From NCBI GenBank assembly GCA_025356055.1, contig JANXUU010000133.1:11570-75569 (forward strand): a stretch of DNA of 64,000 bases, written 5' to 3'. Shown here piece by piece: positions 20,782-30,727 of this stretch; positions within the stretch are counted from its first letter, which is position 1, and the number at the start of each line of letters is the position of its first letter. Origin of the DNA: Sphingomonas sp. GTDB lineage: Bacteria; Pseudomonadota; Alphaproteobacteria; Sphingomonadales; Sphingomonadaceae. The position numbers and the translations under genes are program-made. Under the pieces are notes generated by a model. That model did not search any database. It was given only the letters and a program-made list of their open reading frames with translations, and was not told the DNA's origin.

Positions 20782-21201
20782 CTAGCTTGTTGGTTCGCCA
20801 CCGGGGGGGACGCCGCGCGCCGGCGAGGGCGGCGTACTTTCGGACGGCAAACTGTCGGGCACCATTTCGACTTTGTCAGGATGCGCGTCCGGCGATTTGG
20901 GCGGCGTCACGGGCTGGGGCGGAGGCGCATATGCTGGCGGCGGTTTTGCGGCCTCGAGCGGGGGGGTGTAAGCCTGCGGAGGAGGAGTGTAGGCCTGCGG
21001 CGGAAGCTGCTGCGGGGATTGCGGCGGGAGCATGCGAGGATCGTGCGAACGGTTGGCAGGATCGTCTTCGGCCATGCCCTGTTTGAAGCTCTTCAATCCC
21101 TTGGCGACGTCGCCCATCATGCTGCTGAAGCGATTGCCGCCGAACAAAAGCAACACGATTACGCCCAGGATGAGCCAGTGGATGAGGCTGAAACCGCCCA
21201 T
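20782..21201 (-). CDS. tatA: Tat translocase subunit TatA with long Pro-rich tail
   Basis: [21 protein letters not shown]...[14 protein letters not shown]. Confidence 0.93.
   Translation of the reverse strand: MGGFSLIHWLILGVIVLLLFGGNRFSSMMGDVAKGLKSFKQGMAEDDPANRSHDPRMLPPQSPQQLPPQAYTPPPQAYTPPLEAAKPPPAYAPPPQPVTPPKSPDAHPDKVEMVPDSLPSESTPPSPARGVPPGGEPTS
20959..21000 (-). repeat. 21-nt imperfect tandem repeat (PQAYTPP x2) in tatA
   Basis: CGGGGGGGTGTAAGCCTGCGG followed by AGGAGGAGTGTAGGCCTGCGG. Confidence 0.85.
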
Positions 21202-21235
21202 AATATTCACTCCCAAAGAAGGACTTGGTCCTTAC

Positions 21236-21799
21236 CTAGTCCTCATCGCCGCGGGTTTCCAGCGATAGCGCCTCTTCTTCGTCGAGTGGGTCGAGCAGGC
21301 CCGCCGCCTTGAGGTCGTCGATCCCCGGCAAGTCGCGCCGCGAGCCAAGTCCGAAGTGGGTCAGAAAGGCCGGAGTCGTGGCATAAAGCAGCGGGCGCCC
21401 GGGGCTTTCGCGGCGACCCGCGGTGCGCGCCCACCCGGCCTCCATAAGCACGTCGATCGTACCTTTCGAAATCTGCACGCCGCGGATCGCCTCGATTTCG
21501 GCGCGGGTGACCGGCTCGTGATAAGCGATGATCGCGAGGCATTCGGTGGCCGCGCGCGACAAGCGACGCGGCTCTTCGCGCGTGCGGCGAAGCAAGTGTG
21601 CAAGATCGGGCGCGGTCTGGAAATGCCACCGTCCGCCGCGCTCGACCAGTTCGATGCCGTGGCCGGTGTAGCGCTCGGCAAGGGTCGCCAGCGCCGCCGC
21701 GATATCGCCCCCTGCGACATGGAGTGCGATCTCGTCGGGGGAGAGCGGGTTGCTGGCTGCGAACAACACGGCTTCGACGGCACGGACGAGATCGTTCAT
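21236..21799 (-). CDS. scpB: SMC-Scp subunit ScpB
   Basis: AVEAVLFAA, LSRAATECLAIIAYHEPVTRAEIEAIRGV, PGRPLLYATT. Confidence 0.95.
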   Translation of the reverse strand: MNDLVRAVEAVLFAASNPLSPDEIALHVAGGDIAAALATLAERYTGHGIELVERGGRWHFQTAPDLAHLLRRTREEPRRLSRAATECLAIIAYHEPVTRAEIEAIRGVQISKGTIDVLMEAGWARTAGRRESPGRPLLYATTPAFLTHFGLGSRRDLPGIDDLKAAGLLDPLDEEEALSLETRGDED

Positions 21800-22572
21800 C
21801 AGCGCGCTGCCCTGACTTCGAGCGGAGCGAACGGCCCGTCTTGAGAGAGTTCGAGCCGTCCCTGCCGTGCCAGCTCGAGCGCCGCGACAAACGATGAGGC
21901 CAGTGCGGATTTTGCGTAGGCCAAGTCGAGCGAAGGGGGCACAAACGCCTCGATCCGCATCCAGTCGACCGCGGTGCCGAGCATTCGCGCGACCCGCTCG
22001 ATCGCCTCGTCGAGTGCCATCACCGCGCGGTGGGCGACGATGTGCATTGCCGGCTGGGTCCGCGCCTTGACCAGGCCATAGGCGGCGTAAAGTTCATAGG
22101 GCGTCGACTGCCACGTCGAGCTGCGCATCAGTCGCAGGCCTTCGGGTGCGCCGCGGGCGAAGACGTCGCGGCCGATGCGATCGCGACCCATCAGCCGCGC
22201 GCCTGCGTTGCGCATCGCGTCCAGTCGCGCCAGCCGCTGCTGCAGCCGCCAGGCGAGCTCCTCTGGACTGGGATCGGCCTCGGGGTCCGTAGGCAGCAGC
22301 AGGCAGGATTTGAGATAGGCGAGCCACGCCGCCATGACGAGATAATCGGCCGCGATCTCGAGCCTGATCGACTCGGCGCTCTCCAGATAGGCCAAATACT
22401 GCTGGACCAGCGCGAGGATCGAAATTTCGCGAAGATCTACCTTCTGGCTACGCGCGAGGGTCAGCAGCAGGTCTAGCGGCCCCTCCCAGCCATCGAGGCT
22501 GAGCGTCAGCGCCTCATCGCGCCCCGCCCCATCGAAGAATTCCGCGCGATCCACCGGCGGAAGGTTAGCCAA
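21799..22572 (-). CDS. scpA: SMC-Scp subunit ScpA
   Basis: WEGPLDLLLTLAR.QKVDL, ADYLVMAAWLAYLKS, SSFVAALEL. Confidence 0.95.
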   Translation of the reverse strand: MANLPPVDRAEFFDGAGRDEALTLSLDGWEGPLDLLLTLARSQKVDLREISILALVQQYLAYLESAESIRLEIAADYLVMAAWLAYLKSCLLLPTDPEADPSPEELAWRLQQRLARLDAMRNAGARLMGRDRIGRDVFARGAPEGLRLMRSSTWQSTPYELYAAYGLVKARTQPAMHIVAHRAVMALDEAIERVARMLGTAVDWMRIEAFVPPSLDLAYAKSALASSFVAALELARQGRLELSQDGPFAPLEVRAAR

Positions 22573-22575
22573 GGA

Positions 22576-23583
22576 TCAGGCCAACGCCAACAACTGGTCG
22601 CGCGTGTCGATCGCCTCGGCGAGGCTCATCCCCGCGTCGTCAGAAACGCGCGCCGCCATCGCGCGCGCCAACCGCGCCTGCGCCTTGTCCGAAAGGCCAG
22701 CGACCGCCTGCGCGATGCGGACCGTTTCCTCGAACACCCCCGAGCAGTGCAGCGCCACGTCGCACCCCGCCGACAGACATGCTGCGGCGCGCACGGCGAT
22801 GTCTCCGTACAATGCCTCCATGCCGATGTCGTCGCTCATCAGGAAGCCGTCGAAGCCGATCCGTCCCCGGATGATGTCCCGAATGATGGTCGGCGACTGG
22901 CTGGCGGGAAGCTCGGTGTCCCACGCGCGATAGACGATGTGGCTGGTCATCCCCATCGGGGCGTCCGCGAGGCGCTCAAACGGTTCGAGGTCGATCGCAA
23001 GCTCTTCCTCGCTCGCGTCGACGAACGGCAGTTCCTTGTGGCTGTCGACCAGCGCGCGACCGTGGCCAGGGATGTGCTTGACCACTCCGACGACCCCGCC
23101 CGAGGCAAGCCCCTCGAGCTGCGCGCGGCCGAGTGCCGAGACCTGCATCGGCTCAGCGCCCAACGCCCTGTCGCCGACGATATCGCTCGCGCCGGGCTGG
23201 CGGACGTCGAGCATGGGGAGGCAGTCGACGGTGATCCCGACCTCGGCGAGGGTCAAAGCGATGGCGCGGGCGTTCCAGCGGGCAGCCTGAATCGCCGAAG
23301 CGGGCGCCAGCTGGTAAAGCCGGTCAAACGCCTCGTTAGCCGGGAAGGCGGGCCATATGGGGGGACGCAATCGCGCAACGCGCCCCCCCTCCTGATCGAT
23401 CAGGATGGCGAGGTCGTCGCGCCCGTGGAGGTCACGCAGCGAGTCGGTCAGCGCCTTGAGCTGTGCGCGATGCTCGACATTGCGGCCGAACAATATGTAG
23501 CCCGCAGGATCGGCCTCGCGAAACAGGCTCGCCTCTCCGGCGCCGAGCGTCGGCCCGGCGAGACTCAGGATCGCCGCGAGCAT
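22576..23583 (-). CDS. nagZ: Beta-N-acetylhexosaminidase (GH3)
   Basis: ILFGRN, IDQEGGRVARL, KHIPGHG, DSH, SDDIGM. Confidence 0.95.
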   Translation of the reverse strand: MLAAILSLAGPTLGAGEASLFREADPAGYILFGRNVEHRAQLKALTDSLRDLHGRDDLAILIDQEGGRVARLRPPIWPAFPANEAFDRLYQLAPASAIQAARWNARAIALTLAEVGITVDCLPMLDVRQPGASDIVGDRALGAEPMQVSALGRAQLEGLASGGVVGVVKHIPGHGRALVDSHKELPFVDASEEELAIDLEPFERLADAPMGMTSHIVYRAWDTELPASQSPTIIRDIIRGRIGFDGFLMSDDIGMEALYGDIAVRAAACLSAGCDVALHCSGVFEETVRIAQAVAGLSDKAQARLARAMAARVSDDAGMSLAEAIDTRDQLLALA

Positions 23584-24299
23584 CAGCCGATGACCACGCA
23601 ATTCTCCCCCGCAACGCGCAAGCTCTGGCACATCGCCCTCGCGTCGGCGGGCGAAGCCGCCCCGGCGCGCAGGCGATAGAGCTTTGTGCCCGACACCGGA
23701 GCGACGATCTTGCCCATCGCCTCGAGCCCCGGGAAGCGCGCGGTAAGCGCCTTCCACGCCGCTTCGGCCTTGGCACCCGACGAGAAGGCACCGAGCTGGA
23801 TGACGCTGCCCGATCCTCCAGTCGGGGCGGCCTCGGCAGGAGTGGTCGCGGCGGGCGTCTCGACCACCGGCTCGCGAGTCTCGTTCGACGGAAAGGTTTT
23901 GGGCTTGGGGTTGGGCTCGGTCTTCGGCTTGGGCCCGGGGCGGGCAACGGGGGCTTCAGTCACCGCATTCATGTCGATCTGGGCATCGGTATCGGAACCC
24001 GCGCTGGTCGCGAAGGCGGTCTGGCTGTCGCCCGCGACATCGAGCCCGCCCGGATTGGCCGGCTTGATCTTGTAGGGGCGCGGGTCGGCCTTGATCAGTT
24101 CGGGCGGCCCACTCGTCGGCCCCGTCGCGCGCCGGCCGATAACGAACATCGTTGCCGCGATTAGCAACACGGCCACCCCGACCATCGCCAGCGCGGCCAA
24201 CATTTTGCTTGCCGACACCCCGCGCGGGCCGTCCTCGTCGGGCACCGCCTCAAGCCACGGTAGCCCCTCTTCGTCGAACCCGGCGCGGCGGTCGGTCAT
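23583..24299 (-). CDS. Single-TM SPOR-domain protein, FtsN-like by position
   Basis: LPWL motif, TM helix, Pro-rich linker, IQLGAFSS...YRLRAG...C...C SPOR domain; immediately upstream of nagZ. Confidence 0.85.
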   Translation of the reverse strand: MTDRRAGFDEEGLPWLEAVPDEDGPRGVSASKMLAALAMVGVAVLLIAATMFVIGRRATGPTSGPPELIKADPRPYKIKPANPGGLDVAGDSQTAFATSAGSDTDAQIDMNAVTEAPVARPGPKPKTEPNPKPKTFPSNETREPVVETPAATTPAEAAPTGGSGSVIQLGAFSSGAKAEAAWKALTARFPGLEAMGKIVAPVSGTKLYRLRAGAASPADARAMCQSLRVAGENCVVIG

Positions 24300-24313
24300 G
24301 CGGTCCTGATCCT

Positions 24314-25078
24314 TCAGTAAACGACGATGCAGGTCTTCGCCGCGGCGCGAAGGCGTTGGCAGGTGACCTCGGAATAAGCTTGGCTCGGGGTGATGAATTG
24401 CACCCGGTAAAACAGTTTCCGCGTAGCCTTTGGCCGGAAAGGAAGCACCGCTTTCGGTAGCGCCTCGAGTAGACCGCGATATTTGTAACGGAACAGCTGT
24501 GCGGCTGCCTCCGCCTCGTGCACGCTTTGGTAGGCGCCGAGCTGCACGACGCGGCCCGACTGCGCGACAGTGGGCGAGTAAGCAGATTTCGCCGTGGCGA
24601 CGCGCGGCAGGTCTCCACGGTGCACGTTGACCTGCGCCTCTTTCACGATCCTGCGGACGGCGCGGATTTGCTCGTTGCTGAGGTGAAGCCCGCTGCTCGG
24701 CCTCGCCGATGCGATAACGCGAACGACCTTCGTCGTCGGGCGCGGCTCCTCCGCTGCGCGCGCGAGCGCGGGAGGTGTCTTCGCCGCCGGCGGAGTTGGG
24801 GTTGTCGCCGCGACCGGTGCGGTCTGGGGCGCTGGTTGGGCCGAAGGAAGCGATACCGCGACCGGTGGCCGAAGCGGCGTTTGCCCGCTTCCGCGTCCGA
24901 GCACGAATGCGCCCGCCGAAACCAGCGCGAGGATCAGTAGCGAGACGAACCAGCGCATGCTCGACCCGCCCAAATGTGTCGCTACCGGGTTTGCCGCAGG
25001 CGGCCTCGTGCCATCGAGCCACGGCAAGCGCGCTTCGCCGCTGTCGCCGTCCAGTCGCGGCGGGATGCTCGCCATCAA
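24314..25078 (-). CDS. Second single-TM SPOR-domain protein
   Basis: LPWL motif, TM helix, Pro/Ala linker, VQLGAYQS...FYRVQF...C...C SPOR domain. Confidence 0.8.
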   Translation of the reverse strand: MMASIPPRLDGDSGEARLPWLDGTRPPAANPVATHLGGSSMRWFVSLLILALVSAGAFVLGRGSGQTPLRPPVAVSLPSAQPAPQTAPVAATTPTPPAAKTPPALARAAEEPRPTTKVVRVIASARPSSGLHLSNEQIRAVRRIVKEAQVNVHRGDLPRVATAKSAYSPTVAQSGRVVQLGAYQSVHEAEAAAQLFRYKYRGLLEALPKAVLPFRPKATRKLFYRVQFITPSQAYSEVTCQRLRAAAKTCIVVY

Positions 25079-26805
25079 CGCATTTCCTCGGCGGCGGCGA
25101 CTCCCATCAGCGCCAGTCCGCTGCGAATAACCTGCGCCACCCCGCGCGCCAGTTCAAGCCGGGCGCGGGTCAGATCGGGCTGATTTTCCAGCACAAAGCG
25201 ACGTGACGGATCGTCATTGCCGCGATTCCACAACGAGTGGAAAGCGGCGGCCAGGTCATTGAGGAAGAAGGCGATCCGGTGTGGCTCATGCGCCAGCGCG
25301 GCCGCCTCAACGATGCGCGGATATTGCGCGGCGACCTTCACCAACCCCAATTCCTCGGCATCAAGCAGGGTCAAGTCGGCCGGACCATCAGTCGCGATCC
25401 CCATCTCCGTCGCCTTCCGCCCGAGCGAGGCAACCCGCGCATGGGCATATTGGACGTAGAACACGGGATTGTCCTTCGACACCTCGACCACCTTGGCAAA
25501 ATCGAAGTCGAGCGGGGCGTCGGCGCGCCGCGTCAGCATCATGAACCGCACGACATCCTTGCCGACTTCACGCACGACATCGGCCAGCGTTACGAAATTA
25601 CCCGAGCGCTTCGACATCTTGATCGGCTCGCCGGCCCGGAGCAGCTTGACCATCTGGACGATTTTGACGTCGAGATCGACCCGCCCGTCGGTAAGCGCGG
25701 AGACCGCGGCCTGGATCCGCTTGACCGTGCCGGCATGGTCGGCGCCCCAGATGTTGACGAGGTGATCGGCCTTGCTCGCCTTCTGCAAATGGTAAGCCGC
25801 GTCGGCGCCGAAATAGGTCCAGCTGCCGTCCGATTTCTTCATCGGTCGGTCCTGGTCATCACCAAACTGCGACGAGCGGAACAGCGTCAGCTCGACCGGC
25901 TCCCAGTCGTCCGCTGCCTCGCCCTTTGGAGCCTCGAGCACGCCTTTATAGATGAGGCCCTTCGCATCGAGTGTCTCCATCGCGCGGTCGACCAGGCCGG
26001 CTTCCTGGAGCGCCATTTCCGACGCGAAGACGTCGTGGTGGACCCCAAGCAGGGCAAGATCGGCGCGGATCAGGTCGAGCATCGCCCCGACCGACTTGCG
26101 CTTGAACAGCTTCAGCCATTCGCTCTCGGGCAAGCCGACGTAGCGGTCCCCGAATTCGCTCGCCAGCGCCTGCCCGATGGGGATCAAATAGTCGCCCGGG
26201 TAGAATCCTTCGGGGATTTCGCCAATCGCTTCGCCTAGCGCCTCGCGATACCTAAGGTGCGCTGAGCGGGCGAGTGTATCGACCTGGCTCCCAGCATCGT
26301 TGACATAATATTCGCGCGTAACATCGAACCCTGTGGCCTCTAGCAGGTTCGCCAGCGCATCGCCGACCACTGCGCCTCGGCAATGGCCCATGTGCATTGG
26401 CCCGGTTGGATTGGTAGAGACATATTCGACATTGACCCGCTGGTCCTTGCCGACGCTTGACCGGCCATAGGTATCGCCCGCAACAACGATCTCGGCGAGT
26501 TCGTCGCGCCAAGCCTGGTCGGCCAGGCGGATGTTAATGAAGCCGGGTCCGGCAACTTCGACCGAGGTGACTCCCGGCATCGCCTCGATCTTGGGCGCGA
26601 GCAGCGCGGCGAGGGCGCGCGGGTTGGTCCCGGCGGGCTTGGCCAGCACCATCGCGGCGTTGGTGGCGAGGTCGCCGTGGCTCGCGTCGCGCGGCGGCTC
26701 GACCGCGACATTCTTCCGGTCCAGCCCGACGGGAAGAGCGCCCTGCGCCTCGAGCGCGAAGAGCGCTTCGTCGAGCAGGTGCGAATAGCGTGCATAGAGG
26801 GACAA
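25075..26805 (-). CDS. argS: Arginyl-tRNA synthetase
   Basis: [34 protein letters not shown]; TTG start at 26805 or 26823. Confidence 0.97.
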   Translation of the reverse strand: MSLYARYSHLLDEALFALEAQGALPVGLDRKNVAVEPPRDASHGDLATNAAMVLAKPAGTNPRALAALLAPKIEAMPGVTSVEVAGPGFINIRLADQAWRDELAEIVVAGDTYGRSSVGKDQRVNVEYVSTNPTGPMHMGHCRGAVVGDALANLLEATGFDVTREYYVNDAGSQVDTLARSAHLRYREALGEAIGEIPEGFYPGDYLIPIGQALASEFGDRYVGLPESEWLKLFKRKSVGAMLDLIRADLALLGVHHDVFASEMALQEAGLVDRAMETLDAKGLIYKGVLEAPKGEAADDWEPVELTLFRSSQFGDDQDRPMKKSDGSWTYFGADAAYHLQKASKADHLVNIWGADHAGTVKRIQAAVSALTDGRVDLDVKIVQMVKLLRAGEPIKMSKRSGNFVTLADVVREVGKDVVRFMMLTRRADAPLDFDFAKVVEVSKDNPVFYVQYAHARVASLGRKATEMGIATDGPADLTLLDAEELGLVKVAAQYPRIVEAAALAHEPHRIAFFLNDLAAAFHSLWNRGNDDPSRRFVLENQPDLTRARLELARGVAQVIRSGLALMGVAAAEEMR

Positions 26806-26922
26806 GTTCGGCCACCGGATCAAGTGCGGGAGGCCGCCTCTCTAGCGCGCCTGTTCTCGCTAGTCACCGGTCTCGTGCTCAGGCCAGCGGTCCGGAGAAT
26901 ATTCAGCGCTTACGGAACGAAT

Positions 26923-26943
26923 GGGAGGCGCCCTCCCTTTTTT
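26923..26943. terminator. Hairpin between DUF1501 and argS
   Basis: GGGAGG-cgc-CCTCCC with a T6 tract on the plus strand, although flanking genes are on the minus strand. Confidence 0.4.
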
Positions 26944-28084
26944 ACGCGATGACGAGCCGTTGCATGAGTGGCGCGGGGCGCGTTTCGGGGAACAACAGGC
27001 CAGCCGTGCGCAGCGGATCAAGTCCGAAATGCTGCGCCATTGCTCCTGCTACAAGCGCGTCGAGGTCGGTTGTCGGCTTGAGGTCGCGGCCTTCGTATAG
27101 CGCGGCGGGCGAGAGTCCCGGCCAGTCGGCAATGACGCGCCCGCCGGCGACCGCACCGCCCATCAACATCGCCATCGCGCCCGTGCCGTGGTCGGTGCCG
27201 CCGGTGCCGTTGGCCTTCGCTGTCCGCCCGAATTCGGTTGCGACGAGGACCAGGGTGTTGCTCCATTCTGCCCCGAGCCCGGTACGAAAGCCGGCGATGG
27301 TCGTGTCTAGCTGGTTGAGTTGTGCCGCCAGTCTTCCGGTCTGGCCGCTGTGCGTATCCCAGCCATTGGTTTCGATCATGCCGACCCGCGCCCCGTCAGG
27401 GCCGCTCATCTGTCGCGCTGCGAGCGCGCCGAGCGCTGCGCCGCCCTTGCCCGAGGCGAGGTCTCCGGCCTTGTCGCGCGCGGCGAGCGCCTGGTGCCAT
27501 AGAGGCCCAAGCTGAGCGTCCCTGGCGTAGAGATCGCCGGCACGTAGCATAAGGTCGTCGGCGGCGTCGGGCAGCGCCGATGGGGCATAGCTTTCCACCG
27601 GGATCGAGCCACGAAGCGCGAGCGGGACGGCGAGCGAGAGGGCGATGCCCTTATCGCCGGGCAACTCGCCGAGGAGGCGGTTCATCCATCCGTCCTTGAG
27701 TCGGTAGGCGCCGCCCGCCCCACTCTCGAGCACGTTCTGGCCGTCAAAGTGCGAGCGGTCGCGATAAGGCGAAGCGACCGCATGGATGAACAGGGCTTGC
27801 TTCGCCGCGAACAGTTTCGCGCTCTCGGCCATCGCCGGGTGGAGGGTGAACATCCCGTCGAGCTTCGTGCCGCTCGCCGCATCGCGAGCGAGATCGCCGC
27901 GAAGGCCAGCGTATGCGGGGTCGCCATTCGGAGCGAGGATTGCCAACCCGTCCGCCGCACCGCGCTGGATGATAAACAGGAAGCGCTTGTCGGTGTCGGC
28001 CCGCGCGAAGGCGAGGCGCGGATTGGCGAGGAGTGCGGCGGCTCCGGCGCTGGTCGCCGCGAGAAAGTTTCTGCGATCCAACAT
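26942..28084 (-). CDS. DUF1501-family protein with twin-arginine signal
   Basis: MLDRRNFL, QRGAADGL, RSHFDGQ, GWDTH, TEFGRT..NG..GTDHG, GRDL.PT.D. Confidence 0.9.
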   Translation of the reverse strand: MLDRRNFLAATSAGAAALLANPRLAFARADTDKRFLFIIQRGAADGLAILAPNGDPAYAGLRGDLARDAASGTKLDGMFTLHPAMAESAKLFAAKQALFIHAVASPYRDRSHFDGQNVLESGAGGAYRLKDGWMNRLLGELPGDKGIALSLAVPLALRGSIPVESYAPSALPDAADDLMLRAGDLYARDAQLGPLWHQALAARDKAGDLASGKGGAALGALAARQMSGPDGARVGMIETNGWDTHSGQTGRLAAQLNQLDTTIAGFRTGLGAEWSNTLVLVATEFGRTAKANGTGGTDHGTGAMAMLMGGAVAGGRVIADWPGLSPAALYEGRDLKPTTDLDALVAGAMAQHFGLDPLRTAGLLFPETRPAPLMQRLVIA

Positions 28085-28086
28085 TT

Positions 28087-29511
28087 CTATCTCCGCAAGA
28101 ATTCTGGCGAGACAAGCATCAATGCGAGCCCCGTTGCAGGGCTTTCCGACCGGGCGATCGCGGTCGCCGTAGCGGGGGTCAGCGATGCCCCCAGGACCCG
28201 CGGTGCAACGGTTCGCGCATCGAGCCCCTGCCCGGCCCTGAGCGCCAGTCGCTGCGCAGCTTCGACCCGCCGGACGAGGGCGTCGGGTCCGGCCCAGGCG
28301 GCGGCGATGTCGTCGAACCCGGCCGGGCTGTCGGGGCGCCACACCGGCTGGCCCAACTGGGTCAGCAGTGCCGCGGTGGCATCCCCGTCGATCCGCTTCA
28401 ATCCCACCGCGCGGAGCGAGGCGACGGTCCAGTCCCACGGGTTGCGGAACTTGACATTGGCGGGGTCCCACGCCTCGGGCGAAGCAAGCAGCGCGCGGTA
28501 AACGGTCGGCAGGTCGCCGCGCGATTTGATGAACGCCGCCTCGATCCGGGCGACCATCGCGGGCGGCGGATCATCGGCGGCGAAGTGGCGCGCCAGCTTG
28601 GTCGCGAGGTGGCGGGCCGTAGCGCGATGAACGGCAAGATCGGCAAGGACGGCGCGGGCCTGCTCCTCGCCTCCCGCACGGTAGCGTCGCCCGACGATGA
28701 CGCGGTCGCCAGGCTCGTGAAGGCCATCGACGAAGGCGAACTGGCCCGGCTCGCCGATCGCGAACCGCGCCGCCGGGCCACGCGCAATGCCGGCAACGGT
28801 CCAGCCGGTCAGCGCCCGGGCGAACTCGGTAACGTCAGCCTGGGCATAGCCGGTGCGCACGCCCAATGTGTGGAGCTCAAGAATTTCGCGCGCAAGATTC
28901 TCGTTAAGGCCCTTCTTGTTGCGACCGCGTTGAGCAAGCGCCGAGTTCGGCCCGACCGAGGTCGCCTGGTCGAGGTAGAATAGCATTGCCGGGTGCTGCT
29001 CGACCGCGACCAGCATGTCTTCGAACCGGCCCATCAGGTGCGGACGGATCGCTTCATATTCGAGCAGGCCGGCAAAACCGACAGTTGTCTCCTTGGCTGC
29101 CGAGACGGCGAAATGATTGGCCCAGAAGTGTGTCAATCGCTCGGCGAAAGGGGTCGGGGTGGTCAGCGCGCTGTTGATGCGCGCGCCGACGAGGGTCGCA
29201 TAGGCCTCTCGACCAGCTATCCGAGCGGCCATCAACTCAGGGGTCTTGAGTGGCTTGGCGGGCATCGACGCGGGGGTCATCATGTTGGCTGCGGGCGGTT
29301 CGGCCTGCGCAGTGCGCTTGGCCATCGCGCGTTCCTGGAGATAGTCGGCCAGTTCGATCGCGACGCTGCGACTATCGGGAATGCCCGCGACGTGCGGTTC
29401 GAAGCGGGACAATTGCTCGCTCGCCCAGCCGCGCGGATCACCGGTTGCTGTCGGCTCGTCGGCGCGTGCACCGAGTCCGAAGCGGTTTTCGGCAAAGCTC
29501 GTCGAGATCAT
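28087..29511 (-). CDS. DUF1800-family protein
   Basis: ERLTHFWANHF, HPAMLFYLDQ, NENLAREILELHTLG, TGW, SPEF.RR. Confidence 0.9.
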   Translation of the reverse strand: MISTSFAENRFGLGARADEPTATGDPRGWASEQLSRFEPHVAGIPDSRSVAIELADYLQERAMAKRTAQAEPPAANMMTPASMPAKPLKTPELMAARIAGREAYATLVGARINSALTTPTPFAERLTHFWANHFAVSAAKETTVGFAGLLEYEAIRPHLMGRFEDMLVAVEQHPAMLFYLDQATSVGPNSALAQRGRNKKGLNENLAREILELHTLGVRTGYAQADVTEFARALTGWTVAGIARGPAARFAIGEPGQFAFVDGLHEPGDRVIVGRRYRAGGEEQARAVLADLAVHRATARHLATKLARHFAADDPPPAMVARIEAAFIKSRGDLPTVYRALLASPEAWDPANVKFRNPWDWTVASLRAVGLKRIDGDATAALLTQLGQPVWRPDSPAGFDDIAAAWAGPDALVRRVEAAQRLALRAGQGLDARTVAPRVLGASLTPATATAIARSESPATGLALMLVSPEFLRR

Positions 29512-29569
29512 CGATCGCTCCCCTGGCGGAAAACGCGAACGTTATGCCTCGACCATGAACCGATCGTGA

Positions 29570-30727
29570 CTAGAAGCGATCGGGCAGCTTGACCGGACCG
29601 ATCAGATCCTCGTGGCGGGCGATGGCGAAGCGGTCCGTCATCCCCGCGATGAAGTCACCAATCCCACGCAGCCGAGCGGTTTCACCTTCTCCACGCTGCC
29701 AGCCCGCAGGAAGCGGCGCGGCACCGGCGCGATAGGCGGCGGCGAGGTCGGCGACGATGCGCTGCGCCTCGATCCGGATCGGAGTTAGCGCGGCGCTGTT
29801 GTAAAGACGCGCATAGAGAAATCGCTTGAGCTCGCGCTCTTCAGTCTCGATCGCCGGGGAAAAACCAACCAGTGTGCGGCCGGCGGAGCGGACGTCGCCG
29901 ATGCTCGCCACGCCAGCTTCGGTGACGCGGCGCCTGGTCTCGTCGAGCACATCGCCGACCATTGTTCCGATCATGTCACGCACCAGAGCGCGCTGGCGGC
30001 GATCAAGACCAAGCCCGGGATGGCGCTCACAGATCGCGGCCCAGTGCCGCGCGACGATCGGCACCTCGAGCAACTCCTCGAGGACGAGGATTCCAGAGCG
30101 CAGGCCGTCGTCGATATCGTGATTGTCATAGGCGATATCGTCGCCGATCGCTGCGACCTGCGCCTCGAGGCCCGGCCAGCTAAGCAGTTCCAGCCCATAC
30201 TCCCCGTCCGCCTCGGCCAGCGCCCACGGTGGAGCGGCGACCGGGCCATTATGCTTGGCCAGCCCTTCGAGCGTCTCCCACGTCAGGTTGAGCCCGTCAT
30301 ACTCGGGATAAACCCCTTCAAGGCACGTCACGAGCCGCAACGTGTGGGCATTATGATCGAAACCGCCGACGTCGGCTAGGCTGCGCTGCAATGCAGCTTC
30401 GCCGCCGTGGCCGAACGGCGGGTGACCAAGGTCGTGCGCGAGGGCCAGCGCCTCGGTCAAATCCTCGTTGAGCGCAAGCACCCGCGCGATCGTGCGGCCA
30501 ATTTGCGCAACTTCGATCGAATGGGTCAGGCGGACCCGGAAATGGTCGCCGTCGGGGGCAACGAACACCTGCGTCTTGTGGCGCAATCGGCGGAAGGCGA
30601 CCGAGTGAATAATGCGGTCGCGGTCGCGCTGGAAGGCGTCTCGAGGTCCGCGCGGGCCTTGATCGGGTTCGGCGAACCGCCGACCGCGCGAATGGGACGG
30701 GCGCGCGGCGAGCGATGCAAGGTTCAT
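29570..30727 (-). CDS. dgt: dGTP triphosphohydrolase (HD family)
   Basis: RDRDRIIHS.AFRRL..KTQVF, RLTHSIEV, HDLGHPPFGH, DDIAY, IAGMTD. Confidence 0.95.
   Translation of the reverse strand: MNLASLAARPSHSRGRRFAEPDQGPRGPRDAFQRDRDRIIHSVAFRRLRHKTQVFVAPDGDHFRVRLTHSIEVAQIGRTIARVLALNEDLTEALALAHDLGHPPFGHGGEAALQRSLADVGGFDHNAHTLRLVTCLEGVYPEYDGLNLTWETLEGLAKHNGPVAAPPWALAEADGEYGLELLSWPGLEAQVAAIGDDIAYDNHDIDDGLRSGILVLEELLEVPIVARHWAAICERHPGLGLDRRQRALVRDMIGTMVGDVLDETRRRVTEAGVASIGDVRSAGRTLVGFSPAIETEERELKRFLYARLYNSAALTPIRIEAQRIVADLAAAYRAGAAPLPAGWQRGEGETARLRGIGDFIAGMTDRFAIARHEDLIGPVKLPDRF

Noticed and set aside
26840-26943. Possible plus-strand sRNA ending at the hairpin plus T6 before argS
   Set aside because: No promoter or conserved structure seen; the T-run overlaps the DUF1501 stop codon and is compatible with a bidirectional terminator
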